Shown: piece by piece, positions 28,189 through 36,577 of the stretch | How the letters are laid out: each line of letters begins with the position of its first letter | Position numbering within the stretch: the first letter of the stretch is position 1 | IMG/VR virus record: IMGVR_UViG_3300020430_000008 | Span: 1-64,000 of that record | Reading direction: 5' to 3' (one strand) | Source: a virus | Length of the DNA stretch: 64,000 nt | Made by a program: the position numbers and the translations under genes | The notes under the pieces: model-generated | Seen by the model: only the letters and a program-made list of their open reading frames with translations | Told to the model about the DNA's origin: nothing | The model's database searches: none

Positions 28189-28539
28189 CTACTCCCCTTC
28201 CGGCATATCGAGCGGCGGCTCGCCATCCTCGGCAGGAATAGCTCCCATCTCTCTGGCTAGGTCCATCATGAGTTGTGATGGCGTCATTCCCAGCGCGTCA
28301 GCGGCTGCATCCAAAGTAGGGGTTCCGCTATCGCGAGCGGCGACACGTCCGCGAACCGTAGCGGCTTGGTAGCCGGGACGATCACGGTGAGAAGGACCGG
28401 GCTTGGCTCCAGCATATGCTTCTTCCACAGCTTCGTCTTCTGTCTCAGTGTTCTCGGTCACTTCTTCCTCTTCTTCGTTCACGACTGCCTCAAGCTCTTC
28501 CTTAATAATCTGCTTAAGTCTTGCTTTACTAATCTTCAT
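28189..28539 (-). CDS. Small acidic putative internal head protein (MKISKARLKQIIKEEL N-terminus)
   Basis: 116-aa ORF directly after the prohead protease. Confidence 0.65.
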   Translation of the reverse strand: MKISKARLKQIIKEELEAVVNEEEEEVTENTETEDEAVEEAYAGAKPGPSHRDRPGYQAATVRGRVAARDSGTPTLDAAADALGMTPSQLMMDLAREMGAIPAEDGEPPLDMPEGE

Positions 28540-28543
28540 TTGT

Positions 28544-29152
28544 TTAATCCTCGACGATATCGTTTAATAGGCGATTAATCTTATCTGCCTTTGTAAATAC
28601 ATTTGGTTCTTTGTAGGTCTTACCCTCGCTGAGCCCCATAAAGGCATTGGGAGTCGAAGGCTCTGATACGAAGTCGAAACAGATTAACTGAAAATCATCC
28701 TCTACAATCGTGCGCCCTTGAGCCTCGCTGACCGAACCAAGTCCGCGTGACGAAATCCCGAGTTTCACACCGTCATTGACAAGCTCTTGAAGAATCTTGC
28801 CGGATGGTGTATTTAAAATTTTGACCTTTCCCATAACATTAGGACCGTCCCACCACATGTCAGTGACCATGTGCGAAGCGTTCTTAAGGTTAATAACCGA
28901 ATCCTCGGGGTGGTCTAATTCCCCAAGGGCTCTTTTTTCTTGTACAAGCTTTTGATAGGTCTTCACCTCTCTCTCAAGAATCTTTCTTGGATAGATGCGA
29001 CCATTGCCATTCTGAACATCAGCTTCTTGCAGCTTGCCAGAAAGCATCATGCCACCTTGGTTGACATAGATCTTTTCCTCTTCCGTCAAGAGATCCTGAC
29101 AGACGCCGCCTTCGCATAGCTCATAATATTCTCGTAAAAGTACTTTCTTCAT
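28544..29152 (-). CDS. gp21: Prohead protease (T4 gp21-like)
   Basis: NGNGRIYP, GELDHP (His), ISSRGLGS (Ser) and DFVSEPS motifs. Confidence 0.95.
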   Translation of the reverse strand: MKKVLLREYYELCEGGVCQDLLTEEEKIYVNQGGMMLSGKLQEADVQNGNGRIYPRKILEREVKTYQKLVQEKRALGELDHPEDSVINLKNASHMVTDMWWDGPNVMGKVKILNTPSGKILQELVNDGVKLGISSRGLGSVSEAQGRTIVEDDFQLICFDFVSEPSTPNAFMGLSEGKTYKEPNVFTKADKINRLLNDIVED

Positions 29153-29169
29153 AATATCTCTCTGGTGAA

Positions 29170-29194
29170 TGACGGGCGCTACCCGCCCGAGTCA
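29170..29194 (-). other. RNA hairpin containing the UGA stop of the leader peptide
   Basis: UGA-CU-CGGGCG-GGUAG-CGCCCG-UCA: a 6-bp GC stem plus UGA/UCA pairing, with no U-tract. Confidence 0.65.
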
Positions 29195-29260
29195 GCAGCC
29201 CTTCTTGCAGTTACGCACTGGCTGCAGCATCCACTTAGCTGTCCAAATGTTAGTGTTCAT
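29192..29260 (-). CDS. Unannotated 22-aa Cys peptide MNTNIWTAKWMLQPVRNCKKGC(UGA), in frame with the prohead protease
   Basis: Strong SD AAGGAG 5 nt before the ATG at 29260; 29260-29152 = 108 nt, so it is in frame, with only the UGA in between. Confidence 0.65.
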   Translation of the reverse strand: MNTNIWTAKWMLQPVRNCKKGC

Positions 29261-29558
29261 CGTTACTCCTTGCAATTTGAATGCCGTTATCTCCAAAGAC
29301 CGTGCAAAGCACATATGAAACGGCTGACGATACAAATCCACAAATCAGAAAATTAGCGGCTGTATACTCAAACGTAAATAGTTCTGTATTGTAGTTAACG
29401 CCGAACAAAAATAAGCCCACCCAGAAGCCCAAACACATCGGACACTGGAAGAGCTTTCCCATAGAACCTTTTGTCGGGCGAATATTATCAAAGATAGAAC
29501 CGTAGACTAACATCTGGGTAAGCCCATATGCGGCTAAACTAAACCATAATAAATCCAT
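29250..29558 (-). CDS. DUF1360-like small membrane protein with CxxC
   Basis: GSIFDNIR...GKLFQCPMCLGFWVG pattern; about three hydrophobic helices. Confidence 0.7.
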   Translation of the reverse strand: MDLLWFSLAAYGLTQMLVYGSIFDNIRPTKGSMGKLFQCPMCLGFWVGLFLFGVNYNTELFTFEYTAANFLICGFVSSAVSYVLCTVFGDNGIQIARSNDEH

Positions 29559-29567
29559 TAATACCTC

Positions 29568-30143
29568 TTATGCTCTGTAAAATCTGTTATGCATGTATGC
29601 GTTGCGATAAATACCGGGACGAATCGAGCCCTTCTCTCGCTTGTGCGGTACTTCACCAAGCTCAGTTGACTCTTCTGCATCGGGATTGAGAAGCCTATCT
29701 TCTTCCTGCTCATCGTACATACGCTGGTACATGAACCTCGGCGCTTCCTCTTCCATAAACTTAGTAATATTGAGAATCGCGACATTGATCGCATCTAAAC
29801 CTTCGCCTACTGGCTCTTCAAGTACTCCTTGCATAGCTCCGTATACATTCCCGCCTTCAACAGAGTCGCGCTTGATCACGCCTTTCTTAGAAAGGTAATC
29901 AAACAATCGACTCTGGGCGTCGTACACCATGTCGTTCACCTCGTCTTTCGCAAAAGCGATTACTTGCTTCTTGCTGGGTGACACAATGATATCGATATCT
30001 TCGTGATCATAGATAGCAAGATCCCCACCCATGGTCTTACGCACGTCAAGCGTAACAGTGGCTTGGGTTTCCCTTTCAGTGTCTACGCGATTTTCCTCAT
30101 CGTACTCGTCGCTCTTTCCTACCTTGATTACGAACTTTGCCAT
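29568..30143 (-). CDS. Hypothetical head-module protein
   Basis: 191-aa acidic ORF overlapping the upstream stop codon by 1 nt. Confidence 0.7.
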   Translation of the reverse strand: MAKFVIKVGKSDEYDEENRVDTERETQATVTLDVRKTMGGDLAIYDHEDIDIIVSPSKKQVIAFAKDEVNDMVYDAQSRLFDYLSKKGVIKRDSVEGGNVYGAMQGVLEEPVGEGLDAINVAILNITKFMEEEAPRFMYQRMYDEQEEDRLLNPDAEESTELGEVPHKREKGSIRPGIYRNAYMHNRFYRA

Positions 30144-30961
30144 TAGCTTTCAATCTCCGCTACCAGTTCTTGAATCTTCATAACTTGCATAAGCATCTTG
30201 CGATCAATCTGGCGGTCCTTGAATGCATCGATAGTCTCCACCACCTTGTCAGTCTTTGCAAGCATAGCGTCATCAGACGAAATCTCGTTCAACGAGCGAG
30301 ATGAGACAAGCGCGCCCTTCAAGCGTGATAACTCTTCATTCAAAAACATTTTCAGCGCGATGCCATTGTCCGAGAAGGAAACAATGTATGCGCTGAGTAA
30401 CTTGTTCTGCTCTTCTCTGAGAGTGGATGAATACTGTTCATTAAACTTTTTAACAAACGTGTCGTACACAATATTATCAATTGGCTTCATCGTGCTTTCG
30501 GTCAAAGTCACGACGCCGGCAGTCATCTTATTAAGAACGTTATTCTCTAACAATGTGCGCTGCTTGATAGTTGTGCGGTTATCAAAAATCTGGGAGATGG
30601 TTGCAAGGTCTTTGTAGTTAGGGACAAACGTGTTGAATGTGTCCTTGCCAAGCTCCCTATTGATAGTGCCGATAAGCTGTGATTGCTGGTCAAATACTTC
30701 TTCCTGATTCAGCGCCATGTATACGCGCTTGACCTCTAACAAAAGCTTTTCAGCAGTCATGGGGTCAACATCAACGGTTTCGTACAAAGTTCTATACAAC
30801 TCAAGCTCAAGACCCAGCGGGGTATCGCGTCTGAAAAACTCTTTCATAATAGAAACGATTTTCTTGTTACGAGCAGAGTCGTTGCTAACTACGCTGCTGG
30901 TTAGCTCTCTAACCAGAGTTTCATACAAAAACGCTGTATTTCTTTTCTTATTGTGCTTCAT
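30143..30961 (-). CDS. Hypothetical helical protein downstream of the portal (possible prohead core component; start revised to MKHNKKRN)
   Basis: 272-aa ORF overlapping the end of the portal gene. Confidence 0.7.
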   Translation of the reverse strand: MKHNKKRNTAFLYETLVRELTSSVVSNDSARNKKIVSIMKEFFRRDTPLGLELELYRTLYETVDVDPMTAEKLLLEVKRVYMALNQEEVFDQQSQLIGTINRELGKDTFNTFVPNYKDLATISQIFDNRTTIKQRTLLENNVLNKMTAGVVTLTESTMKPIDNIVYDTFVKKFNEQYSSTLREEQNKLLSAYIVSFSDNGIALKMFLNEELSRLKGALVSSRSLNEISSDDAMLAKTDKVVETIDAFKDRQIDRKMLMQVMKIQELVAEIES

Positions 30962-32939
30962 TCTTTTTAGACTCCAATCTTTGTAAACTCTCAATCAATG
31001 ACTTAGTTTCGGAATGGCTAGCGTGAACCTTCTTCTCTTCGGTATAATTAGGTTCAACATTCTCGTTTAGCCCATGTCCAAGTCTACTCAAGTCATTAAG
31101 TCCTTTGAAAAGATTCCTGTTCGATGTACTGGCAATCGACATTCCTGAATCGGCATGATGGCTGCGCTTACGAGCACCGCGCTTTCTACGGTCCCTCTTG
31201 ACAGGATAATATGCTTTGCCCTTTGAGCCGGGAGTTACATAGCCTCCATCTTCACGGCGACCGGGTGCTGCCAGAAGCGCTGTGTCTTCTTCCTCTCCAC
31301 CACCTTCATCGCCGCCGAGATCGCCACCAAGGTCATCACCACCCTCGTCGCCTCCGAGATCGCCACCAAGGTCACCGCCCAGATCGCCGCCTTCATCGCC
31401 ACCAAGGTCGCCGCCCAAGTCTCCGCCTAGGTCACCACCTAAGCCGCCGCCGCCACCTTGGTCAGCTTCTTCGGGAGGCTCTGCTGCTGCTTCAAGCATT
31501 GCCTGAATTCTCTTATCATAAAACATTTCACGCTGGTTACGCAGGAATTCTTCTGCCGACATGCCAAGCAGGTTCTCTGCAACCCAGCGGCGACTGAAAA
31601 ATCCTTCTGTTGCTGCCGATGCAGTGTCAAACTTGGTATTCCAGTGCTCAAGCTCTTGCAACTCTGCAATCTTAGAAGGATTGTTAAGCTGCAACTTGAA
31701 CGAGATGAGGTCATCGCCTCTAAAGCCAAGTGTAAAGAGATGAATGATGCCAATCTTCTCAAGTTCAGAGATAACTGAGCGCTGTAAGCGCTGAATGGTT
31801 CTTGCGAAGCGCACATCCTTCTGCGCTAGCGTGGTTTTGTCCTCTTCGCCGCCTTCACCGCGTGAAAGATAGGACATTGGAATCTTCAAAGCAGAAAATA
31901 GCTTGTCGCGAAGGTATTTAACGTCATCAATGTCGCCAGTGTACGTTCCACCGGGCAAAGACTCGACTCTGCTGCTCTCTCCACCACGTACAGGGATGAA
32001 ATAGTCCTCATCAATGCTCATTGGGTTGTATCGGAGGTCAACACGACCAGTTTTGGGGTCCACAACCTGATTTCTCTTCATCTGGGTCGTGACTTTCTGC
32101 ATAAACTGTTCTACATCGTGCGGTGGGATGTTACCAACGTCAATATAGAACACTCGACGCTCTGGTGAGCGCACAATACGGTATGCCATCATCGCATCTT
32201 CAAGCAAAGTAAGCTGACGCCAGATTCGGCGGGCTCCTTCAAGCACAGAAGTGCCGTATGGGGCAAATTTATCATTACCAAGGATGCGGAAGTGTGCAAT
32301 CTGCCAGTTCTCAAAGGTCAAACCGCCTGAGTTCCACTGATACTGCACATAATTGGGGTTTGTTTTGTCTTCGCCCTCTAATCTTTCAAGCTCTTCAAGC
32401 GGAATACCAACTGCATTCTTAATTCCATGGACTTCATCAATGTCCAAGTACAAAAAGTAGTCTCCAAACTTACACATCGTACGGCACCAGCCGAATAAGT
32501 TGGAGTCAATGTTCAAAATCTTGTGATATAAGTTGTCCAGTACGACTTTGATCTCATCGTTGGAGCAATCAATCTTTAAAAGTGGGCTGAGAATCGTAGA
32601 TGTTGTCATCTCGTCAGCATAAATGTCTAGCGCAGAGGCAATCTCTGGCATATATTCCATCTGGTCAAAGTCAAGATAGCGTTCTTGGCGGTTCTGGTTC
32701 GCCATAACCTGCGCGCTGAGATTGTCGTACGGATTGTACGACGTTCTCTTAAAGTTCAAGCCGCCTGCGGACGTAAAATTGAACTTGTCAAGTTGCGCAC
32801 GACGATATCGGCGCTGCATTTGCACGCGGCGATTGACAATCGGACCAGAAAGCAATCGAGTCAGCCGCTTGAATAACGGTGACTCTGGGTTTCTTGGATT
32901 TTTAAGATTTGGGTTTCCCCGCTTACTGTTATCAGCCAT
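30948..32939 (-). CDS. gp20: Portal protein (T4 gp20-like)
   Basis: EDAMMAYRIVRSPERRVFYIDVGN, EDYFIPVRG and LPGG...IDDVKYLRDKLFSALKIP motifs. Confidence 0.95.
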   Translation of the reverse strand: MADNSKRGNPNLKNPRNPESPLFKRLTRLLSGPIVNRRVQMQRRYRRAQLDKFNFTSAGGLNFKRTSYNPYDNLSAQVMANQNRQERYLDFDQMEYMPEIASALDIYADEMTTSTILSPLLKIDCSNDEIKVVLDNLYHKILNIDSNLFGWCRTMCKFGDYFLYLDIDEVHGIKNAVGIPLEELERLEGEDKTNPNYVQYQWNSGGLTFENWQIAHFRILGNDKFAPYGTSVLEGARRIWRQLTLLEDAMMAYRIVRSPERRVFYIDVGNIPPHDVEQFMQKVTTQMKRNQVVDPKTGRVDLRYNPMSIDEDYFIPVRGGESSRVESLPGGTYTGDIDDVKYLRDKLFSALKIPMSYLSRGEGGEEDKTTLAQKDVRFARTIQRLQRSVISELEKIGIIHLFTLGFRGDDLISFKLQLNNPSKIAELQELEHWNTKFDTASAATEGFFSRRWVAENLLGMSAEEFLRNQREMFYDKRIQAMLEAAAEPPEEADQGGGGGLGGDLGGDLGGDLGGDEGGDLGGDLGGDLGGDEGGDDLGGDLGGDEGGGEEEDTALLAAPGRREDGGYVTPGSKGKAYYPVKRDRRKRGARKRSHHADSGMSIASTSNRNLFKGLNDLSRLGHGLNENVEPNYTEEKKVHASHSETKSLIESLQRLESKKNEAQ
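31290..31460 (-). repeat. GGDL/GGDE low-complexity repeats in the portal C-terminal tail
   Basis: GGGGGLGGDLGGDLGGDLGGDEGGDLGGDLGGDLGGDEGGDDLGGDLGGDEGGG. Confidence 0.9.
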
Positions 32940-32942
32940 TTT

Positions 32943-34535
32943 TTATCCCTTGTACAGCCATGAATATTGGCGATATTCTTCTACTTGTTTATCAGCCTTT
33001 ATTTTATCAAATGTGCCGCCTTTTTTATAACCTATTTGACCTTCAATTGTCGTATTTAATTTAGTGTTAGTTCTAATCATCGACCCAAGACACGCCTTTT
33101 TGTATTCAATATTCCGTGCATTTGCTACAAATGCGGTATCTCGTACCCAACAAGCGATTGCGAGCGACATAACAAGGTCATCATTATAACCTCTCATAGC
33201 TTGCGGCTTGCCGTTGTTCCAAATGAAGGTCTGGATTTCTCGGTAGGTGCGGGTGGAATATATCGTAATTAGTTTGTTTCTGATAAACTCTTCCAATTTC
33301 GCAACAATCAAAGGGCGCGTTTTCATAGAAGTGGTAAAACCCGGCACCGAGTTAGACATTCCCTCAGCAATGTGCTGCTCAACATAATCATGCGTAGACT
33401 TGACTGAGTGGTAGATGTTGGGGTAACTTTTGTCAATAAGTTTTTCGAGCACAGAGAAGCCAACGTTATTATTCTCAACCACGATCATGCAGTTGCCGTA
33501 TTCTCTACCAGCACTGTCAAGGATTGTGGCATACATATCGATTGTGGGCTTGCCCTGATACTCTGCTACAACTTCTAAAGTTTCCAGCTTGACAATGTGG
33601 AACACAGAATAGTCTGCCCCATCGCCACGGGCAACGTCAGCTACAAGCACATAGGACGCGCCAGACTGGTGTTCTTCCCAGATCCAGTAGTTGCGGTCGA
33701 AGCCTGTGCGATACTTGGGCTCCATCACTGTGCCGCTGATCCAGCCGATATCATCAGGGTGGATGACAGTATCACCAGAAGTATTAAAGTTGCACTCGAA
33801 CTCTTGAGCAATCTCGCGGCGAGACATGTTGCGAGTTTCTTTATCGAACCATTCCTGATCACGGTCAGGGTGGAGATCCCACATCAGCTTAATGGGGTTA
33901 AAATCATTCTCGCCCGACTCTGCATTTGTGTAGATTGTGTGGAACCAGTTACCAACACCGTTTGGTGTAGAGAGCGCGATGCATCGACCACCGGTAGATA
34001 TTGTAGGATACAGACCCATCCACAGTTCTTCAAGCCCCTCAACGTGAGCAGCCTCGTCCAGCACCAAAAGAGACAGCGCCTCAGAACGACCGGCATCGCC
34101 AGAAGTCGAAGACGCTTTAATCTGCGAGCCGTTGGTAAGCTCAAACGATGTGCGGTTGTCAACGTGAATAGAAGAAATCTGAATGAACTCAGGCAACCCG
34201 CGCATCATTGCCTTCACTTTCTTGACCAAGTTAGCGGCAGTACCGAACTTGGTAGCCATAACAAGCACATTCTTGTCACGGTGAAACAACATCATCCAAA
34301 CGATGTAAGCCGCCACAATGGTTGAGATACCCATCTGGCGAGCTTTAAGGATCACATTGAATCGATGATCGTTGAACGACGACAGCAGGTCTTGCTGGAA
34401 GTCGTATGTAGCGAACGGGATCAAGCCGTGGATCGGGTGAGAGATCCTGCAGTAGTTGTTAATAAAATATACGGGATCTTTACCGGCTTTTAGAATTTCC
34501 TTAATCTGTTCTTCTTTAGAAAGTTGAAATGCCAT
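32943..34535 (-). CDS. gp17: Terminase large subunit (T4 gp17-like)
   Basis: Walker A KARQMGIST, Walker B LLVLDEAAH, LSTPNG, and nuclease motifs ADVARGDGADYS and NDDLVMSLAIA. Confidence 0.96.
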   Translation of the reverse strand: MAFQLSKEEQIKEILKAGKDPVYFINNYCRISHPIHGLIPFATYDFQQDLLSSFNDHRFNVILKARQMGISTIVAAYIVWMMLFHRDKNVLVMATKFGTAANLVKKVKAMMRGLPEFIQISSIHVDNRTSFELTNGSQIKASSTSGDAGRSEALSLLVLDEAAHVEGLEELWMGLYPTISTGGRCIALSTPNGVGNWFHTIYTNAESGENDFNPIKLMWDLHPDRDQEWFDKETRNMSRREIAQEFECNFNTSGDTVIHPDDIGWISGTVMEPKYRTGFDRNYWIWEEHQSGASYVLVADVARGDGADYSVFHIVKLETLEVVAEYQGKPTIDMYATILDSAGREYGNCMIVVENNNVGFSVLEKLIDKSYPNIYHSVKSTHDYVEQHIAEGMSNSVPGFTTSMKTRPLIVAKLEEFIRNKLITIYSTRTYREIQTFIWNNGKPQAMRGYNDDLVMSLAIACWVRDTAFVANARNIEYKKACLGSMIRTNTKLNTTIEGQIGYKKGGTFDKIKADKQVEEYRQYSWLYKG

Positions 34536-34541
34536 GCCATC

Positions 34542-35099
34542 CTAGTCGTTCTTTCTCTTGACATTAGATGGCTTCTTTGCGCCGGGGTACTTGTCCTTGC
34601 CGATAGCCAGCCAGCTTTTGATAGCTGAGTCCACATCGCGTGGCTGTTCGTTGGTGGCGCTGAGGACATCGCCGATGCCGCCAATCTTAAAAAATTGACA
34701 CGCCTTGACTGATGTGCGAACGCGGGAGATGTATTCAACCATGATATCACAATCGCCATCCTTGGTCAGTGTAAGCCCGTTGCCAGTCACCTTCTTATAT
34801 TCACTGCGAAGATACTTGGCTACGTTGTTAACGCGCTGCTCAATCTCGCTTTCGAATCCGTTTTCGTGTACATGCTTAAGCTTGCAATCATACTGATAGG
34901 TGATGCAAAGCTTGTCGCCATGGAAGCGAACCTTGAATCCGTCCATAACTCTAGAGTCGGTGATGATGTCGCCCTCTTCTCTGAAAAGACCGACCTTGCG
35001 CTCTTCACCGTCGAGCGAATACTTCTTGTCGTGAGCACCGTCATAGCTGTTTGCTACAGCTTGCGAGATGCCTCTGATTACTTCAAGTGTCGTTGCCAT
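34542..35099 (-). CDS. Hypothetical protein upstream of terminase (start revised to MATTLEV)
   Basis: SD AGGAG before ATG 35099. Confidence 0.7.
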   Translation of the reverse strand: MATTLEVIRGISQAVANSYDGAHDKKYSLDGEERKVGLFREEGDIITDSRVMDGFKVRFHGDKLCITYQYDCKLKHVHENGFESEIEQRVNNVAKYLRSEYKKVTGNGLTLTKDGDCDIMVEYISRVRTSVKACQFFKIGGIGDVLSATNEQPRDVDSAIKSWLAIGKDKYPGAKKPSNVKRKND

Positions 35100-35496
35100 T
35101 TGTTTGTTTATCTCCTGATTTTGGTCGCCAGCCTTTTGCCCATCTTTCTTCTCTATCTTCAACATGTTGAATGTAGCAGTTAAAACAACAATCAAACTTG
35201 TTCATATACACATCGTCTTTCGACTCAAATGAATACTTAGTGCAAACAGGACAGGACCGGTTTGTTTCTCTATTAAGTAGTTTCTGGGAAACTAAAACGC
35301 CATTGACTTCTATCTTCTCGATTTTACGTTCTAGCTCACGAATTCTACTGTTTGCAATCTTGAGTTGTTCTAAAAAATCTGCCTCCTTTTCGGGTGTCCA
35401 ATTCGCACGCGGATTTTGAACTGCCTCAGATCCGTATTTTTCAGAGATTGCCTTCTCAATTCTAGCGACATAATTAGGGTCTTTCTTTTTAGCCAT
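35083..35496 (-). CDS. Hypothetical zinc-finger protein (start revised to MAKKKDP)
   Basis: CPVC...CCFNC motifs. Confidence 0.7.
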   Translation of the reverse strand: MAKKKDPNYVARIEKAISEKYGSEAVQNPRANWTPEKEADFLEQLKIANSRIRELERKIEKIEVNGVLVSQKLLNRETNRSCPVCTKYSFESKDDVYMNKFDCCFNCYIQHVEDREERWAKGWRPKSGDKQTNGNDT

Positions 35497-35497
35497 G

Positions 35498-35956
35498 TTA
35501 CTTTCCCGACGCGGACAAAGCCGCGTATACAATTCCTAATGTTATAACTGCGCCGGCTGCAGCGCCACCAGCAATCCACCACTCTCTATTAGATGGCGAC
35601 TGTCGGTTGATAGCCTCTTGTAGTGCTGTGATTTCCATATTCTTTTGCTCCAGCACTAGAGCATACTCGTCTTGCAAAGCAAGATACTTTGTATCAGCAG
35701 CAGCGAGCCTGTAATGAAACTCCGTCGCCTGCTTGTCAAGCTGGTATTCCAACTCTAAATCAAACTGTAGTGTCAGGTTTTCGGGCATAGCCAACAACTC
35801 GGCGGTTGCTCGCGGATTGAATAAAGTGCCACGGAACGGAGCCGGTTGATTGTAATCGAGAAAAGTAAATTGTGGCATTTCTGCATCAGCAGGTTCATCG
35901 GCAAAAGCTGGGGACGCTGTTAAGAACGCAAAGGTTAATAATATCTTACTCCACAT
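35498..35956 (-). CDS. Secreted coiled-coil protein with a C-terminal TM helix (spanin-like; start revised to MWSKILL)
   Basis: Signal peptide ending AFA, a coiled coil, and C-terminal WWIAGGAAAGAVITLGIVYAAL. Confidence 0.55.
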   Translation of the reverse strand: MWSKILLTFAFLTASPAFADEPADAEMPQFTFLDYNQPAPFRGTLFNPRATAELLAMPENLTLQFDLELEYQLDKQATEFHYRLAAADTKYLALQDEYALVLEQKNMEITALQEAINRQSPSNREWWIAGGAAAGAVITLGIVYAALSASGK

Positions 35957-36365
35957 ACTCGAAACCAAATTCCTTCTTGATTTGTTCTGCCACGCCTTCT
36001 GGGTGATCTGCCCATTCGCGCTCAATCTCTTCAATGCGCTCTTCTGTACGCTGTTCTAATCTCTCGCGGGCGCGGTCACGCTCTTCCTCAATAACCTCAA
36101 GGTCTTCAAGTAGCGCATCCATAAGCACTTCCATCTCTCTCATTTGCACTTTATGAATCTCTTTCAGTCCCTCAAGCTGCGCTTCGGACGACTGGATTCT
36201 TGCTTCATAGGCTGTTTCCATAGCGCGGTAATCTGCGCGCATCTTTAAAAACAGCGCGGCAGAAAGCGCAAGAATCAACAACACCTTCCAGTGTTTGATG
36301 ACAAAGGGCAGTGCCTTGTCCCAAGCGGTAGAAAGCACTGCCCATATAGCTCTAAGCTTAATCAT
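35946..36365 (-). CDS. i-spanin (Rz)-like protein
   Basis: N-terminal TM segment (WKVLLILALSAALFL) followed by a long charged coiled coil; next to a holin-like gene. Confidence 0.55.
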   Translation of the reverse strand: MIKLRAIWAVLSTAWDKALPFVIKHWKVLLILALSAALFLKMRADYRAMETAYEARIQSSEAQLEGLKEIHKVQMREMEVLMDALLEDLEVIEEERDRARERLEQRTEERIEEIEREWADHPEGVAEQIKKEFGFEYVE

Positions 36366-36568
36366 TCAAGACCCTTCAACTTTGCGATGCCATCAATGAC
36401 TGTTTGACCGCCAATGTAGATTCCTGAAATAATCACCCAGTCCGATGACTCAAGCCCTGCCCAAACCATCAGCCCGGTCGCGGTAAGCCAAACCATGAAC
36501 TTGCGAGAAATCATCTTCTCAACAAGTCGGTCAATCTTAGCGCCCGTATATTTTACTGCTGTCATCAT
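36362..36568 (-). CDS. Holin-like small membrane protein
   Basis: 68 aa with two TM segments and the SRKF.VW...W..IS..YIGGQ pattern; two consecutive Met codons at the start. Confidence 0.6.
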   Translation of the reverse strand: MMTAVKYTGAKIDRLVEKMISRKFMVWLTATGLMVWAGLESSDWVIISGIYIGGQTVIDGIAKLKGLE

Positions 36569-36577
36569 AAATGTCTC

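Noticed and set aside
29170-29194. Hairpin as an intrinsic terminator or a canonical SECIS
   Set aside because: There is no U-tract, so it is not a terminator. The UGA-to-loop spacing is shorter than in canonical bacterial SECIS elements, so it is kept only as a non-canonical recoding candidate.
31290-31460. CRISPR-like short repeats
   Set aside because: These are 12-nt coding repeats (GGDL) without unique spacers. No CRISPR array or cas gene was seen in the window.
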